Shown here: in pieces, positions 10,511 through 22,830 of the stretch
Position numbering within the stretch: position 1 is the stretch's first letter
How the letters are laid out: each line of letters starts with the position of its first letter
Assembly: GCF_016432865.1 (NCBI RefSeq)
Contig: NC_067402.1
Coordinates: 16,802,001 to 16,866,000, forward strand
DNA length: 64,000 bases
From: Antechinus flavipes
Taxonomy: Eukaryota
Direction: 5' to 3'
Notes under the pieces: generated by a model
Databases searched by the model: none
What the model was told of the DNA's origin: nothing
Seen by the model: the letters and a program-made list of their open reading frames with translations, nothing else
Translations under genes and position numbers: made by a program

Positions 10511-11594
10511 AAGTAAATAACTGGGAATGTCGTACCCAGAGAAGAGACTGCTTTGGGGAATATATAATAAGTGTTCCTACATTTCAATGGCTTTGAGATT
10601 TGTTTTCTTTAGCTCCAGAGGAAAAAACCCAGGGAATGGGAAGGTCATTTGAAGTGAAATCAGAAAGCCCTCCCTATGAAAGCTATGCAGAAGGGACTGT
10701 TCTACTTCTAGAAATGGAGGGCTTCTCATCAGCCAAGACCTTCAAGAAGAAGCTGGATGAGCTTGGTCAGGCATGGTCTAGAGCGAATTCCTTTCAGCTA
10801 TGGATGTGACCAAGTGATTACTGGGTCTCCTTCCAGTCTCAAATCATATGCATTAATAGCATTATTACTATCTACACTAAATTATGTATAACAGTATTAT
10901 AAAATCTTGTGTCAAATTCTGATATTTTTCATGATTCCTGTCTTAATTTCTCTGAAACAGATCAGAAGATAAAAGAATCTTTGCAAACAGATCCCAGAAT
11001 TCAAAATGATTTGGGGGAGAGAGATGGGGGAAATGTCATGGGCATCATCAAGGAGACTTTTGGAAAGACATGTACTTTGGTCAGTCAGTCTTCATTTGGG
11101 AACGTGGATTAGGCCAAACCATTATGCTACCTGCCTTCTGCTTGATGGAAATCCCAACCAAAAAAAGAGCACTAAGTTCAGTTGTTTTACATTAAAACAA
11201 AGTCAGTTTTCTTCACCTAATACGTGATGTTATGAAAAGCACACCTTAAGCCATACAAACTTTCACTGTAGGTTTCCATCCTGTAATACCACAACAGGTG
11301 ATTGCTTCACATGTCACAACATTCCAGCCTCTGTCTTGAACAGCAGCCACATTCCAGATGTGCCAGGGAGTGACTCTGGCACTGAACCCATAAAACCGCT
11401 TCTTTCCATCTCAGCCCCAAGTTCTGTTCTGGACTGCAACATCAGTGATGCTTTCCTGGGGGCTTTCTCCCTTTTAGGAGTCATTTTAAAGGCTTTTTAA
11501 GGATGTACTATAATCTGTAGGAATTAAGGCAATGAAACTTCTAAAAATAATTTATCATAATTCGTGCATTTCCTTTTAAAAGTAGGCCCTGGAG

Positions 11595-11783
11595 CAAAGC
11601 TTCTTAAATTATGAGCCACAATTTCACATGGGGTAAGATTACTTAATGTGGAGATCACAAAATCATGATTACCAGTAAATGTATGATTTGCATACCTATT
11701 TTACATTTCTATATACTCAGAATCACATAAAAAAATTTCTCAGGCAGAAAGGGATAGAGAGTGGAAAAGTTTTAAGAAGCTCT
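11595..11783 (+). mobile_element. hAT/Charlie-type MITE, right TIR interrupted by L1
   Basis: Starts CAAAGCTTCTTAAAT and ends AGTTTTAAGAAGC(T/C)CT (inverted termini). Confidence 0.6.
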
Positions 11784-12525
11784 TCCCTAAATTATGCTGA
11801 AATGGCTATCAAACTGTATGCCCTTTGATACAGCAGCAGTTCTACTGGGCTTATACCCCAAAGAGATCTTAAAGGAGGGAAAGGGACCCCCAAGTACAAA
11901 AATGTTTGGGGCAGCCCTCTTTGTAGTGGCAAGAAACTGGAAACTGAATGGATGCCCATCAGTTGGGGAATGGGTAAATAAGTGATGGTACATGAATGTT
12001 ATGGAATATTGTTGCTCTGGAAGAAAAGATCAACAGGATGATTTCAGAGAGACGTGGAAAGACTTAGATGAACTGATGCCGAGTGAAATGAGCAGAACCA
12101 GGATCATTATAAGGTACAGCAAGATATATGATGATCAATTCTGATGGATATGACTCTTTTCAACAATGAGATGATTCAGGCCAATTCCAATGATCTTGTG
12201 ATGGAGTGAGCCATCTGCACCCAGAGAGAGGACTATGAGAACTGAGTGTGGAACACAAAAAGTATTTTCACCTTTTTTTATTGTTTGCTTGCCTTTTTTT
12301 TCCTTTTTGATTTAATTTTTGTTGTATAGCATGACAATTATGGAAATACATATAGAAGAATTGCACATGTTCAACCTATTTTGGATCACTTGCTGTCTAG
12401 TGAAGGGAAGAGGTAAAAAGGGAGGAAGAAAAATCTGGAATACAAGGTTTTGCAAGGCTAAATGTTGAAAAGTATCTTTGCATGTATTTTAAAAATAAAA
12501 TAAGCTATTGTTAAGAAGAAGAAAA
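11784..12525 (+). mobile_element. L1 3' fragment with a 10-bp TSD
   Basis: ORF2 C-terminal remnant (ORF 11794-11985, LLGLYPKEI...VARNWKL) plus 3'UTR. Flanked by AAGAAGCTCT (11774-11783) and AAGAAGCCCT (12526-12535). Confidence 0.9.
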
Positions 12526-13009
12526 AAGAAGCCCTATCTTACCCTAATAGATCCTAGCCTCCTTTTTTACTCAAGATTGAGGGGTGGGGAGAACAGTTTG
12601 ATAGATAAAAATTATATAAATATGAGCAGGGCCCACCTGGAGTGTCACCTTGGAATATATTTTTGACTCCACAAAATAAAACCTTCAAGCCCCATGTAAG
12701 ACTTATAAAAACTATATCTCAAATACAGAATGTTTATTTCACTCAATAGAAAATGCAAAACATGAAGGAATTTCAACAATACCATAAATAATTAAGACAA
12801 CTCTTCTTATTTAGTGAGTCTCACCTGATCAGACATCTCTTCAGTTCTCCAAACTAAATATTAGATTGTGCTTGAGCTTCTCCTGAAGGAAAAAGGCACA
12901 TGAGGGCCAGAGAATCGATGCTCTCCAGTGGAAGGCCTCAACTTCCCCAGAGCACGTTATCTCCAAGTTCTAGTACCAACTTGGACTTGAAGCCTCTTTG
13001 AAAGGGGAA

Positions 13010-13250
13010 AGCACAATCAGACCTCCACTTTAGGAAAATCACTTTGGCAACTGTGTGAACAGGGAAATGGAGACATAGACAAAAGAAGTTGTGAAGGGAG
13101 AAATAATAAGGCGTGCTAACCACATAGGGAGCAGGACTAAGTACATGGAAGATGAAAGATTACAAACTAAGATAACTGGGAGGATAATGGTGTTTCCTAA
13201 TTCAGTCATGTAGGATGCCTGAGATTTCCATACCCTCTTAGCCACAAGCT
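13010..13250 (-). mobile_element. L2 fragment
   Basis: ACAATCAGACCTCCACTTTAGGAAAATCACTTTGGCAAC resembles L2. Confidence 0.5.
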
Positions 13251-14259
13251 GTATATGTCATGCCAGACAAGTCAAGCTACCGGTGAGAGCCCAACTTATT
13301 TATATATAATAATGAACAGGTCATACTCTCTGGCCTCCAAGATCCCTTCCACCAACACGGGATTGCTGAGAACTAGGAATCATCCACAATTCAAAGATGA
13401 AGTAGCATTATGATTATGTAACCGTGAACCCTAAGGACACAGTTATCAAAAGTTATCAGAGTTAAACATTTGTTGTTAGAGCTACAGGGCTATACTGACC
13501 TTGATTTTCTACTGATGGTGTTTTTCCACTTAAAGCACCAAATAAATGAGATGATAATATTGTTATTATTAATGAATACAGATTTCACTGCCTCTATTTT
13601 TGGAGAATCATGAAAAGCCTTGGAGATCACTAATCCAAGAACACAGATGCAAACATTCCAAACCAATTAAAAGAAGATCATTTTGCTCTAATAGTTTTTC
13701 TCTGGCAATACTAAATATTTAGCATTTGGTAAACATTACAAAATATGAAGTCAATCTTGTAAAGTAACCCTGAGCCCTTAAAAGACCTTGTCTAGTTTGA
13801 AAATATTTAGGCGATAAGCTAGTAAAAATTACATTAATTTACTTTTATTAGAATCTATTCAGACCTCTGCCTCCATCCATATTTATATAAAAAGGAATAA
13901 ATATAATCTATCATCAGAGGTTAAGCAAAAGATCAAGTGCTATCTCAAAACCTCACTTGATTTATCTACAAACTAGTAGATGCAATGTCCACTTCATGGC
14001 ATTATCAGCCAAAGGGGAGAACGAAGAAAGGGCCTGTGCTCTTGACCAAATTAAGATACAATTAGAGACTGCATCCAGACCACTTGCCACTGTTTCCTCC
14101 TAGTCAGACTACACCTGCCGAGGATGTTTGATTCTGTAGGAAAGACAATGAAAATTCAGTAAAGAAAGCTCTTCCAAAGGAGGGCAACCTCTGTCAAAAG
14201 ACGGAGAGATTCTGTCACATGCTAACAGAAGACAGGACTGAAAGCAAACATGAGAGGCC

Positions 14260-14390
14260 TTTTCAAATACTTGAAGGGAGTATCCTTGCTCTTCTTGCTC
14301 CTGGGGAACAGAACTAGAAACGAGAAGTGGCAGGGGCAGATAGAAGCTTGAAGTGAGGGAAGACTTCCTACTACTGAAGACTGTTGTTAT
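14260..14390 (+). mobile_element. L3/CR1 fragment
   Basis: TTCAAATACTTGAAGGG...CAGAACTAG...GAAGACTTCCTA. Confidence 0.5.
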
Positions 14391-14394
14391 CTGT

Positions 14395-14575
14395 TGATTG
14401 TTTTTCCTTCTCAAAGAGGACCATGACATTGGGAGATGATACCATGACATGCAAGTAAGTTGTATTTGGGTGAGGGGTGGTCTGGGCAAGGTCACCTGCC
14501 TCACTTTCCCCTCGAGAGCCATCCGGAGTCCAGTGACCAGATATGGATCAGAACAATTGGAGATAGCCCTGGGCT
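14395..14575. mobile_element. WALLSI-like (RTE-associated) marsupial SINE fragment
   Basis: AAAGAGGACCATGACATTGGGAGATGATACCATGACATGCAAGT...GAGCCATCCGGAGTCCAGTGACCAGAT. Confidence 0.55.
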
Positions 14576-16384
14576 ATCCAAAATGGAAAGGACAGCTTCA
14601 AGAAACAGTGAATTTGCCATGAGTAGGGATCCTCAGGCAAAGCTTAAGTCCTTTGGTTTAGAGCAGGAATTTATTTGAGTGCAGAATGGATTAGTTGGTC
14701 TCAAGTCCCTCCCAACTCTAGGAGTCTACTTAGTGGGCAGTATTGCTTCCCTTCTGCTTAGGAACATAAGTATTAATATCCGCTTCCCACTCACAGCTTA
14801 TAGGCTTTGACAAGGATCCCAATATTATTATGTCTATTCCTTTAAAGATACCAAAAACAGAGTCAGACTCAGGCCCAGTGAAAACCTGAGCAGGGTAGCT
14901 GATTATTTGTAAAGTCTAAATTATTAAAAACAACATAAATGCAAATCCATATTTGTTAATTCGTGATGGGGAATCACATAGCTCATATTCTTTTCCCCTG
15001 AAAAAGACTAATATTATTACTAAAACAGATAAGGTACAGAATCATTTAGAAAAGGGAAAGAATAGACAACAGAGAACTCAACAGAATGTAATCTTCTTGA
15101 GGATAGAGATTACTTCATGTTTGTCTGTTTCTGGCATACAGCAGGAGTTTAATAAATACTTATTGATTGATAAATTAACTAAATACCATCTAATTCTCCC
15201 TAAGAATTTTTCAACTTAATTTAATAAGACTTTCTTTTTCCATAAAGATATATTTCCAGTTTTTAAAAAATGGCAATCAATAGACAACTAGGATTCACTT
15301 GATGGAATTTTTTTTTTCCTAAATGGAACCTCATTTCTCTGTGGAATACAAGAAAGTTTACTTATAATTTCAGAACTTATTTTAGCCATTAGTTTCAATA
15401 CAATCCAATCTCTCTATTTCAATGTCTCCATCAAATCCCCTATAGTGAAAAATTCAAGGATATTCATTTCCTATAAACCTCTATAATATATCCCTCTTGA
15501 ATGTTTATGGAATCATAACATTTCTTAGCTCAAATTCTTATTAAAGGATACTTCCGTGAGTTTAAAGATTCCATCATTGTTATTTCAACCAACAACAACA
15601 AATAAAAAAAGCTACTGGGGATATATAGAGGACTAATGCCAGAGAATGATTTGTTTCTTTGAAACAAATTCTTGGCTGAGTCATCCAAGTTAAACAACAA
15701 TTTGTTGCAAGTAACTATTCCTATTGACCTCCCTGAAGAGCCATTTATGAAAAAAAAAAAAACTTTCTTAGAGAACTTTGTTCAAGATACAGTCATCAGC
15801 GTAAGAAGCAAAACTATTCTTTTTACAGATTCTCAGGAGGTGCAAGAATGACTAAACTATGGCCGCTGTCCATATGCCTGGCAACCAACTGGTTCTGGGA
15901 ATTTTTAAGAAGCCCATTGCACTGTGGGCACTGCCACTTTATATAACAGCTACAGCAACAGTGATCGGTGTCAGAGCAGAAGGTTGTATTCTAGCCCAAA
16001 ATGAGGATAGGGAACTGCATCTGTATTCTTATATTATTGCTATCCCTACCTCCTACCCAGTCTAAAATAAATGTATATAGGATTTCTCTCCATGGATTTA
16101 CCAAGTCTTTTTCTTCAATTCAGAATTCAAAGAACTAAGTAATTTATTTTTCAATATTTACAATTAATTCATTCAGAAGCTGACTTATGTCACTTCGTCC
16201 TGCTGCCAACTTTTGGCCCATTTAGCACCTCCATTAGTGGAGTTAGAAGAAAGACCAAAGAAATGATGCGATGTAAAAACCAGCTCTAAAAGCTTGGTCA
16301 CCAGCTTGGAACTGGCAAATAATCTGGTGAAGAAGAAAGCCGAAACAAGCAATCGGCTACAAAGCCAGCCTGCCACAGTGCACA

Positions 16385-16590
16385 GAGCACGGGCTTTAGA
16401 CATCAGGAAGAAACGAGTTTGAATCCTGCCACAGACTTACCGTGTGACCGCGGCCAGGTCCCAAACCCTTTCTGCACAGCCAAAGTATTTTCAGATAGAA
16501 ATGGCAATAACAGCACTGGCTTCACAAGGTTGTGAGGCTCAAATAAGATCATCTTCATACTGGCTTTTTGCAGATTGCAGCACTATGTAA
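16385..16590 (+). mobile_element. MIR-like SINE
   Basis: GAGTTTGAATCCTGCCACAGACTTACCGTGTGACC...GTTGTGAGGCTCAAAT. Confidence 0.6.
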
Positions 16591-16770
16591 ATCAGAATCA
16601 AAGGCCAGGGTTCAAGTTCTTATAGTGACATACACTGGGTAAGTCTGAGCAAGCCACAAGCTCCCAGGTCCTGGGCTGCTCCCAGAGGCCACAGGGTATA
16701 GGAGGTGACCTATAATATTGATAGAGGCAGTTCCCTGCCTAATGAAATCTAACTTCAAACAAAATAAATA

Positions 16771-16773
16771 TGT

Positions 16774-16830
<57 letters not shown>
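16771..16830. repeat. (TG)n microsatellite, 26 pure units at 16779-16830
   Basis: Directly visible. Confidence 0.98.
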
Positions 16831-16833
<3 letters not shown>

Positions 16834-17744
16834 GTGTAGATAGACAGCAATATGTGCAATACTTTGGGACTACAAGTAAACTTTCCTTTACAGAATACAG
16901 TCCAGCCAAACTAGCAGCATAAATCTATGTAAACCAAACTCTCTTTTCCCAATAACTTTCATTCTAAAATTAAAAAGGAACTCCCAGAGAGAAAAAAAGA
17001 TGGCTACCAGACTGGCTTTAAAACATTTAATAAGTCAAAACAGTGACTAGGCAAGTTAAATGCTGGAGGATCATGGGAGTCCTGGCTTCCAGTAGCTCAA
17101 GAGCCCAGCACATGAGTTAAACAGAGCGGGTAATTCACATTTGTTGAACTGAAAGTTGTGTTCCCATCTAGCAGACGACTCCACCAACAAATGTGTTTCT
17201 TTCCAAACTTTCATGATCGCCCTTGTGCTTTAGGTGCCTTGAACCAGAACACTTTCACCCATTCCTGAAGGCACTCAATACTACCCTCTCAGCTCCTTCT
17301 CCAATATGTATTTCTTTGTATATTGGTCAGACCCAATCTATCCTCCAACTTCATTTTTTAAAAGCCATTTAATTATCCTCTGATCCTTTTGAAGAAGCCT
17401 GTGGAAAGATACTACAGGTAGCATTATCTCCATTTTACAGATGAAGAAATTGAGACTTAAAGGATTTAAGGGGTTAATTCACTAGCACATAGCAAGGCTG
17501 GGGCTCTTCCCAGATTGCTTCCTGTGGTGAGCACTATAATTCCGCCTTTTCCTCCCCTTCCCTCCTCCCACATATAATCAATTTTAGTTCCATAAACTCT
17601 TGTGAATTAATGCCCTTCTTTGTCCTTGTTACCACAAACCTACTTCAAGCCTCCTTTACACAGCCTTTCCTGATCTTCTTAGATTTTAAAGCTCTCTCCT
17701 CCATCCAAATACACCATGTGTACTTATTATATATGTACAAGTTC

Positions 17745-17960
17745 CACTAGGCAGTGAGATGACACAAGATCAAGGGTTAGGAAGACCGAGTTAAATTCTA
17801 CATCACGCATGTACCAGTTGTGTTACTGAGTCAGAGACATAAATTGTCTGCCTCAGTTTCCTCATCTGTGAAATGGGGATACTACCTCACAGGATGGTTA
17901 TGAGGATCAAATGTGGTATGTGTAAAAGTACTTAGCAAACCCCATACTACTAGAGAAATT
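17745..17960 (+). mobile_element. MIR-like SINE
   Basis: GCCTCAGTTTCCTCATCTGTGAAATGGGGATACTACCTCACAGG. Confidence 0.7.
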
Positions 17961-18049
17961 CTACTAGTTACTGCTCATGGTGTTGTTGCTGTTGGGAATA
18001 GAGACTGTTTTCAGATTACTTTTGTACCCCCAATGCTGAATCCCTAATG

Positions 18050-18250
18050 GTTCAGTTGTTTTCATCCATTTCACTTTTTATGACTCTAATCGGGATTTTC
18101 TTGACAGAGACACTGCCATTTCCTTCTCTAATTCATTTTAGAGATAAGGAAACAGAGGTAGACAGGGTAAAGGGACATGCTCAGGGTACACAGCAAGGAA
18201 GTATGATTTGAACTCGGGTCCTCTTGACTCCAGGCCTGGCCACTTAGCTG
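18050..18250 (-). mobile_element. MAR1-like SINE
   Basis: TTCAGTTGTTTTC...GCCATTTCCTTCTC...GATTTGAACTCGGGTCCTC. Confidence 0.7.
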
Positions 18251-18599
18251 CTAGATTCCCCATTAAAGCCTGAGAGAAAGAGCTCTAAAATAACAACAAA
18301 GGCCATCTGGCCAAATCTGGGGAAGAAGATCAGATCACCTGGAGTTGCACAGACCCTCCCTCCCAATTTCTACTTCGTTAGAGAAATCTCCTCCTTTGAT
18401 AAGTCTCAGATAGGAAGCTAAAGGACTCATTATATCATGAAGGGAAAAACATTTTTACTATATCAGATTTAAAATTGTACTAAGCATATGCCTCATCAAG
18501 ATGCCACTGCTCATTCCAATACTCATTCATTGTAAAACATAAACATTTGGAAACCCTACAATTGTCCAACACACACACACACAAAGATAGTTACTTTAC

Positions 18600-18757
18600 C
18601 TGCTCTGAATCTTTGAAATCTTTGCATGCTTCTGGGAATACATCATAAATTACGAGAGGGTATCCATGTTTGATGAGGTTTTTGGCCATCGGATTTCCCA
18701 TGTTGCCCAGTCCAATGAATCCAACTGGAGTTTTGGAAGCCATTGACCTAGAACACG
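18600..18757 (-). CDS. HIBADH: HIBADH coding exon 2 (NAD-binding GFIGLGNMG motif)
   Basis: Acceptor AATCAG|CG, donor CAG|GTAAAG. 158 nt translating to (A)CSRSMASKTPVGFIGLGNMGNPMAKNLIKHGYPLVIYDVFPEACKDFKDSEQ. Confidence 0.98.
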
Positions 18758-19627
18758 CTGATTTCAATACAACATTTTCAATCAGGATGACAAAATGAAT
18801 TTTTAAAACTTCAAATAACTTTTAAATTCCAATTCTTTGACAAAAACATCCATAATAGATTGTGTTAAAATGTTAAAATAAAATAAAATGTGTTCAAATA
18901 AAAATATCAATAAGGGAATAAGCATTGCCATTTCTAATGATCCTAAATTCATTATCATTAACATCTCAGAGAAAATGAGCTGCTGTTTTGTTTCAACACC
19001 CATTCCTTCCCTCTCTCGTGTTTAAAAACAACAAATTGAATAATGCTTCTAAGAAGCTCCATTTTTTATAAAGTCTGAATCTGCTGCTCAAATCAAAGGC
19101 TGAACAATGAACTTCTTCCCAGACTAACAATAACAAGCCTCATCTCTAACAGGGCAGGAGAGCATTCTGATTTCTTTTCAGGAGAAAGTAAACTAATACT
19201 TGGATTCATGTTAATAAGTTAATTCGTTACTTAAATATGTTCATTTTCACTCGCTGAAACTAAAATTCCAACCCAGTAATATCTGAATCTTATTAGTAGT
19301 ACTTTGAGATCTCACTTTAGTGCTATTTACCCCAGAGGTATCTTTTACTATTTTAGTTTTTCAAATTAAAAATTTTTTATTAACTAATAATATCTTAAAT
19401 CACCAGGAAAGCTTACTAGTTAAAGAGACGCCACAGAGAAAGTCTGCAATATAAGTCTTTGCTCTATGAATCCTAGCCTCTTTTCCCACCATACTACCCA
19501 CCCATGATTTAATCAGTGTCAGGAGCTCAAGGGCAGAAATCTCCTTTCCACTATCTCTACAAATTAACAAATCATCTGAACTTCCAGGAGAAGGCTGGGC
19601 ACTGTCCCAAGTCACATTACTAACTCC

Positions 19628-19775
19628 AGGCAGCTAAATGGCACAGTGGACAGAGTGCCAGGCCTGCAGGCAGGAAGGCCCATGTTCACATGTGGTCTCA
19701 GACACTTCCTAGTTTTTAACCCTGGTTGCCTCAGTTTCCTCATCTGTAATATGAGCTGGAGAAAGAAATGGCTGC
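19628..19775 (+). mobile_element. MAR1-like SINE
   Basis: GGCAGCTAAATGGCACAGTGGACAGAGTGCCAGGCC head and CORE. Confidence 0.7.
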
Positions 19776-20029
19776 TTTGGGCCTGAACATTCAGAATGGA
19801 AGTGTTTGGTTCCAGGTCCCACAACTTCGATCTGTTATGGGCCTTCACTCTAGTGCTTTCCTCCAGACTGGCTCTTTATTCACTGATTTTGTGATACATC
19901 TTGGGGGGAAAAAAGTCTAGGGGTTCCTGAAAGGTAGCATTGGCAGCCTCATGGGTGAAGGTCCATTCTTGAAGACAGAAATGTTGTTCAGTTGTTATAG
20001 TCATGGCCTACTCTTTATGACCCCATTTG

Positions 20030-20290
20030 GGGATTTTCATGGCACAGATACCGGACGGCTCGTTTGCTTGCTTTCTAGGTTTTTTCTCTTTTTCCTTTTT
20101 TGTTCTGATTTTTCTTGTGGAAATAAGTATAGAAGAATTGCACATGTTTGACTTATATTGGGTTACTTGCCATCCAGGGGAGGGGATGGGGGAAAAGAGG
20201 AGAAAAATTTGGAACCACAACTTTTGCAAGGGTGGATGTTGAAAACTCTTTGTATATATTTTGAAAATAAAAAGCTATTATTTAAAAGAA
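20030..20290 (+). mobile_element. L1 3' end
   Basis: AGAAGAATTGCACATG...TTACTTGCCATCCAGGGG...AAAATAAAAAGCTATT. Confidence 0.85.
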
Positions 20291-20917
20291 AATTTAAAAA
20301 GGCTTGAGGACTAATTTTGAAAATAAAACCCTTCCCTTGTATGGTCTTCTGGATGGATATTACTGAAGGAAAAAACTCTACAGGATTCAATGCAAGAACC
20401 ATGTGTCAAGTATTCCCTGTGCACAAAGGCCCTTGTGCTCAACACTGGGACCACAAAGATGAAATACCCTCCAGATCCAGTACCACAGGCCTGGGATAAG
20501 GTACACACACTTAAACTGTGTAATTGCACTACAAATTAGGATTAATAAATAATTTTTGAGTACAAAGAGAAAAATCAAAGTTCTATGACAAATTTGAGAG
20601 GAGAGAAATCCCCTGTAGCTGAAGGAGGCGTGGAAGGTTGAATGGGACCCAGAAGCCTCACCTGGTGGAAAAAGAGGGGTGGGAGTCAGAGGGTAGGAGG
20701 ATAGTATAACCAAAGGTTCAGAACTGGGAAAGTATGAAATAAAGCTGGAGAAATACAGTAAAAACAAAGTTGTGAAGGGCCCGAAACGGCTGAATAAGAA
20801 GCTGAAAACCCTGCTTACTTAGCAAAGAGGAGACATTTAAAAGTTTTTAGAGCAGAGGAGTGAGGTATTCAGAGCTATCCATGCATTACAGGCATGGGAG
20901 GGAAGGCTGGATTAGGG

Positions 20918-21125
20918 CAGGGATTCTTAAACTGGAGGCCACAGTCCATGGATAAATCCAAGGGAGACAGAACTAGGATGGAGAAAACAAATGTTGAATT
21001 TTAACAAGCTCTAATAAAAATTCAGTATCTCATTCCATTGTGTTAAAAGAAAAATCTGAGAAGGATGTGAATAGGGCTGCAGCAGATCGCCAAAGGGGCA
21101 CAGGTTCACCAAAAAGGAGTAACAA
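20918..21125. mobile_element. hAT/Charlie-type MITE, degenerate
   Basis: CAGGGATTCTTAAACTGG start, CTGAGAAGG...GCCAAAGGGG...CAAAAAGG near the end. Confidence 0.5.
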
Positions 21126-21803
21126 TCTGGGAGTCAGAGGAAGGACATAAGGCTGGGAGGGCATGGGCTCAGGGCCTACAGCAGGAAAGAACTTCAAAAA
21201 TCACTTGGTCCAAGCAGTAAGTAAAGGCCCAGAAGCAAACTGACTTCCTTCCCCCAAGCTGCCCGGGCCAATGGATCCAAAGCCACAGCTTTGCCCACTA
21301 CCCCTCCTGCTGCCCACAAAAGGCCTCAGGAGATGGAATTCGGGTAGACAACTCCCTGCCATCAAATATTCGTTCACCAGTCTGCTAAAAGGAGATAGAG
21401 AAGCATTTAGTAGGCCCTTACTGTGTGTAGGTACCCAGGGAACAAGTGAGGCCTTAAGGGATTTCCCAGGCGACACAGGGACACCTGAGGATCCTTCCTG
21501 GTCTTGCCCTTGGCGAAGCTGATAACGGGAACGGGAGGCCTTTTCAGCTGGGCAGACACAGCACCCCGCATCAGGATGTCTGAGCGCCCCACAATACGCA
21601 GTCACTGCCCAGGAGACAGTGTGCATCTGCATAGCCCGCTGCCTCCAAAGTTGTGTTGGCTTCAAATAAATTCCAGACAATGGCCTTGTCCTTGTCTTTT
21701 GTCTCTTTCCTGTAACACCCCTGGGAAGACTACGATGGAGCCCCGCTTTTCTGGCTGCACTCCTGACTTGGCCATGGCTGCCCTGCTTCTCTTCCCAGAC
21801 TCT

Positions 21804-22141
21804 CGTCCCCTTCCTCCTCCATCCCCTACATCCATCCCCCTTCCTTCTCCATCCCTTACACCTGTCCCCTTCCTTCTTCATCCCATACACCCGTCCCCTT
21901 CCTTCTCTGTCCCGTACACTTGTCCCCTTCCTTCTCTGTCCCGTACACTCATCCCCCTTCCTTCTCCATCCCTTACACTCGTCCCCTTCCCTCTCCATCC
22001 CGTACATCCTTCCCCTTCCTTCTCTGTCCCGTACATCCGTCCCCTTCCTTCTCCGTCCCCTACATCCGTCCCCTTTCTTCTTCATCCCCCTTCCTTCTCT
22101 GTCCCCTACACCCACCCACCCCCTTCCTTCTCCATTCCCAA
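21804..22141. repeat. 29-30 bp pyrimidine-rich minisatellite, about 12 units
   Basis: Consensus CGTCCCCTTCCTTCTCTGTCCCGTACACT. Confidence 0.95.
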
Positions 22142-22649
22142 CATGTGTCCTTCCAGCCTCCGTTCGCCTCTTCCTATAATGCAGACCTCAGACTGTCCTA
22201 GCTATTCAGTACGTGAATCAGTCACAAGAAATTTGGGGTCTTCTCACTCATGAACCCGACTGCTGCTGACCCTTCTCAAACTGATTTCAATGCGACTTTT
22301 GCCTCCAATAAAACAACGCAAGTTCCAAGAATGTTGTTCGATGGGTTCCAACAAACGAAAGTTTAACTGCAGCATATGGTAATTATAGAGATGTCTATTT
22401 ACAGAGCCTAAAATAAAAGGCCCTTACTTTGAAGTGAAACCGAGACACATTCATTCAGAATTTGTAACAGGACACTCATGTTAACTCCTGCCTGCCCACC
22501 CAGTCTCTCCTTATCCAGCAAGCTGTCTTATCTCGGAGACTCTCCCCCCCAAACTACTTTCCACTTCAGAAAACTGGATCAAAGCAACTTGACCATCACT
22601 CCTGGAAGAGATATGTGGGTCGGTCTGCCCTCTTATGGTCCCACAAACC

Positions 22650-22800
22650 ACCTGGTAAATGCCTTTTCTTGGCCACTGCTCCTGTGCTAGACTACACACT
22701 CCTTGAGGGCAGGACCTGTCTGGGGATTCTCATTTCCAGAGTTTGGCAAAGTGCTCAGCACACAGGAAGCACTACAGAAATTGTTTCAGTTGTTTTTGAA
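22650..22800 (+). mobile_element. L2 3' end
   Basis: CTCCTTGAGGGCAGGACCTGTC...GCTCAGCACACAGGAAGCAC. Confidence 0.7.
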
Positions 22801-22830
22801 TAAGCGTTAAAGTTTTTTGTTTCATTTACA

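Noticed and set aside
19400-19615. Globular-looking 71-aa ORF, considered as an endogenous viral fragment
   Set aside because: Overlaps MIR-like decay and has no viral motif I recognise. I saw no bornavirus, filovirus, parvovirus or retroviral coding remnant in the window, though a tBLASTn against viral proteins would be needed to exclude one.
21201-22253. ORFs of 304 aa (-) and 249 aa (+)
   Set aside because: Their length comes from the 29-bp minisatellite and flanking GC-rich DNA; low-complexity peptides in opposing frames with no homology signal.
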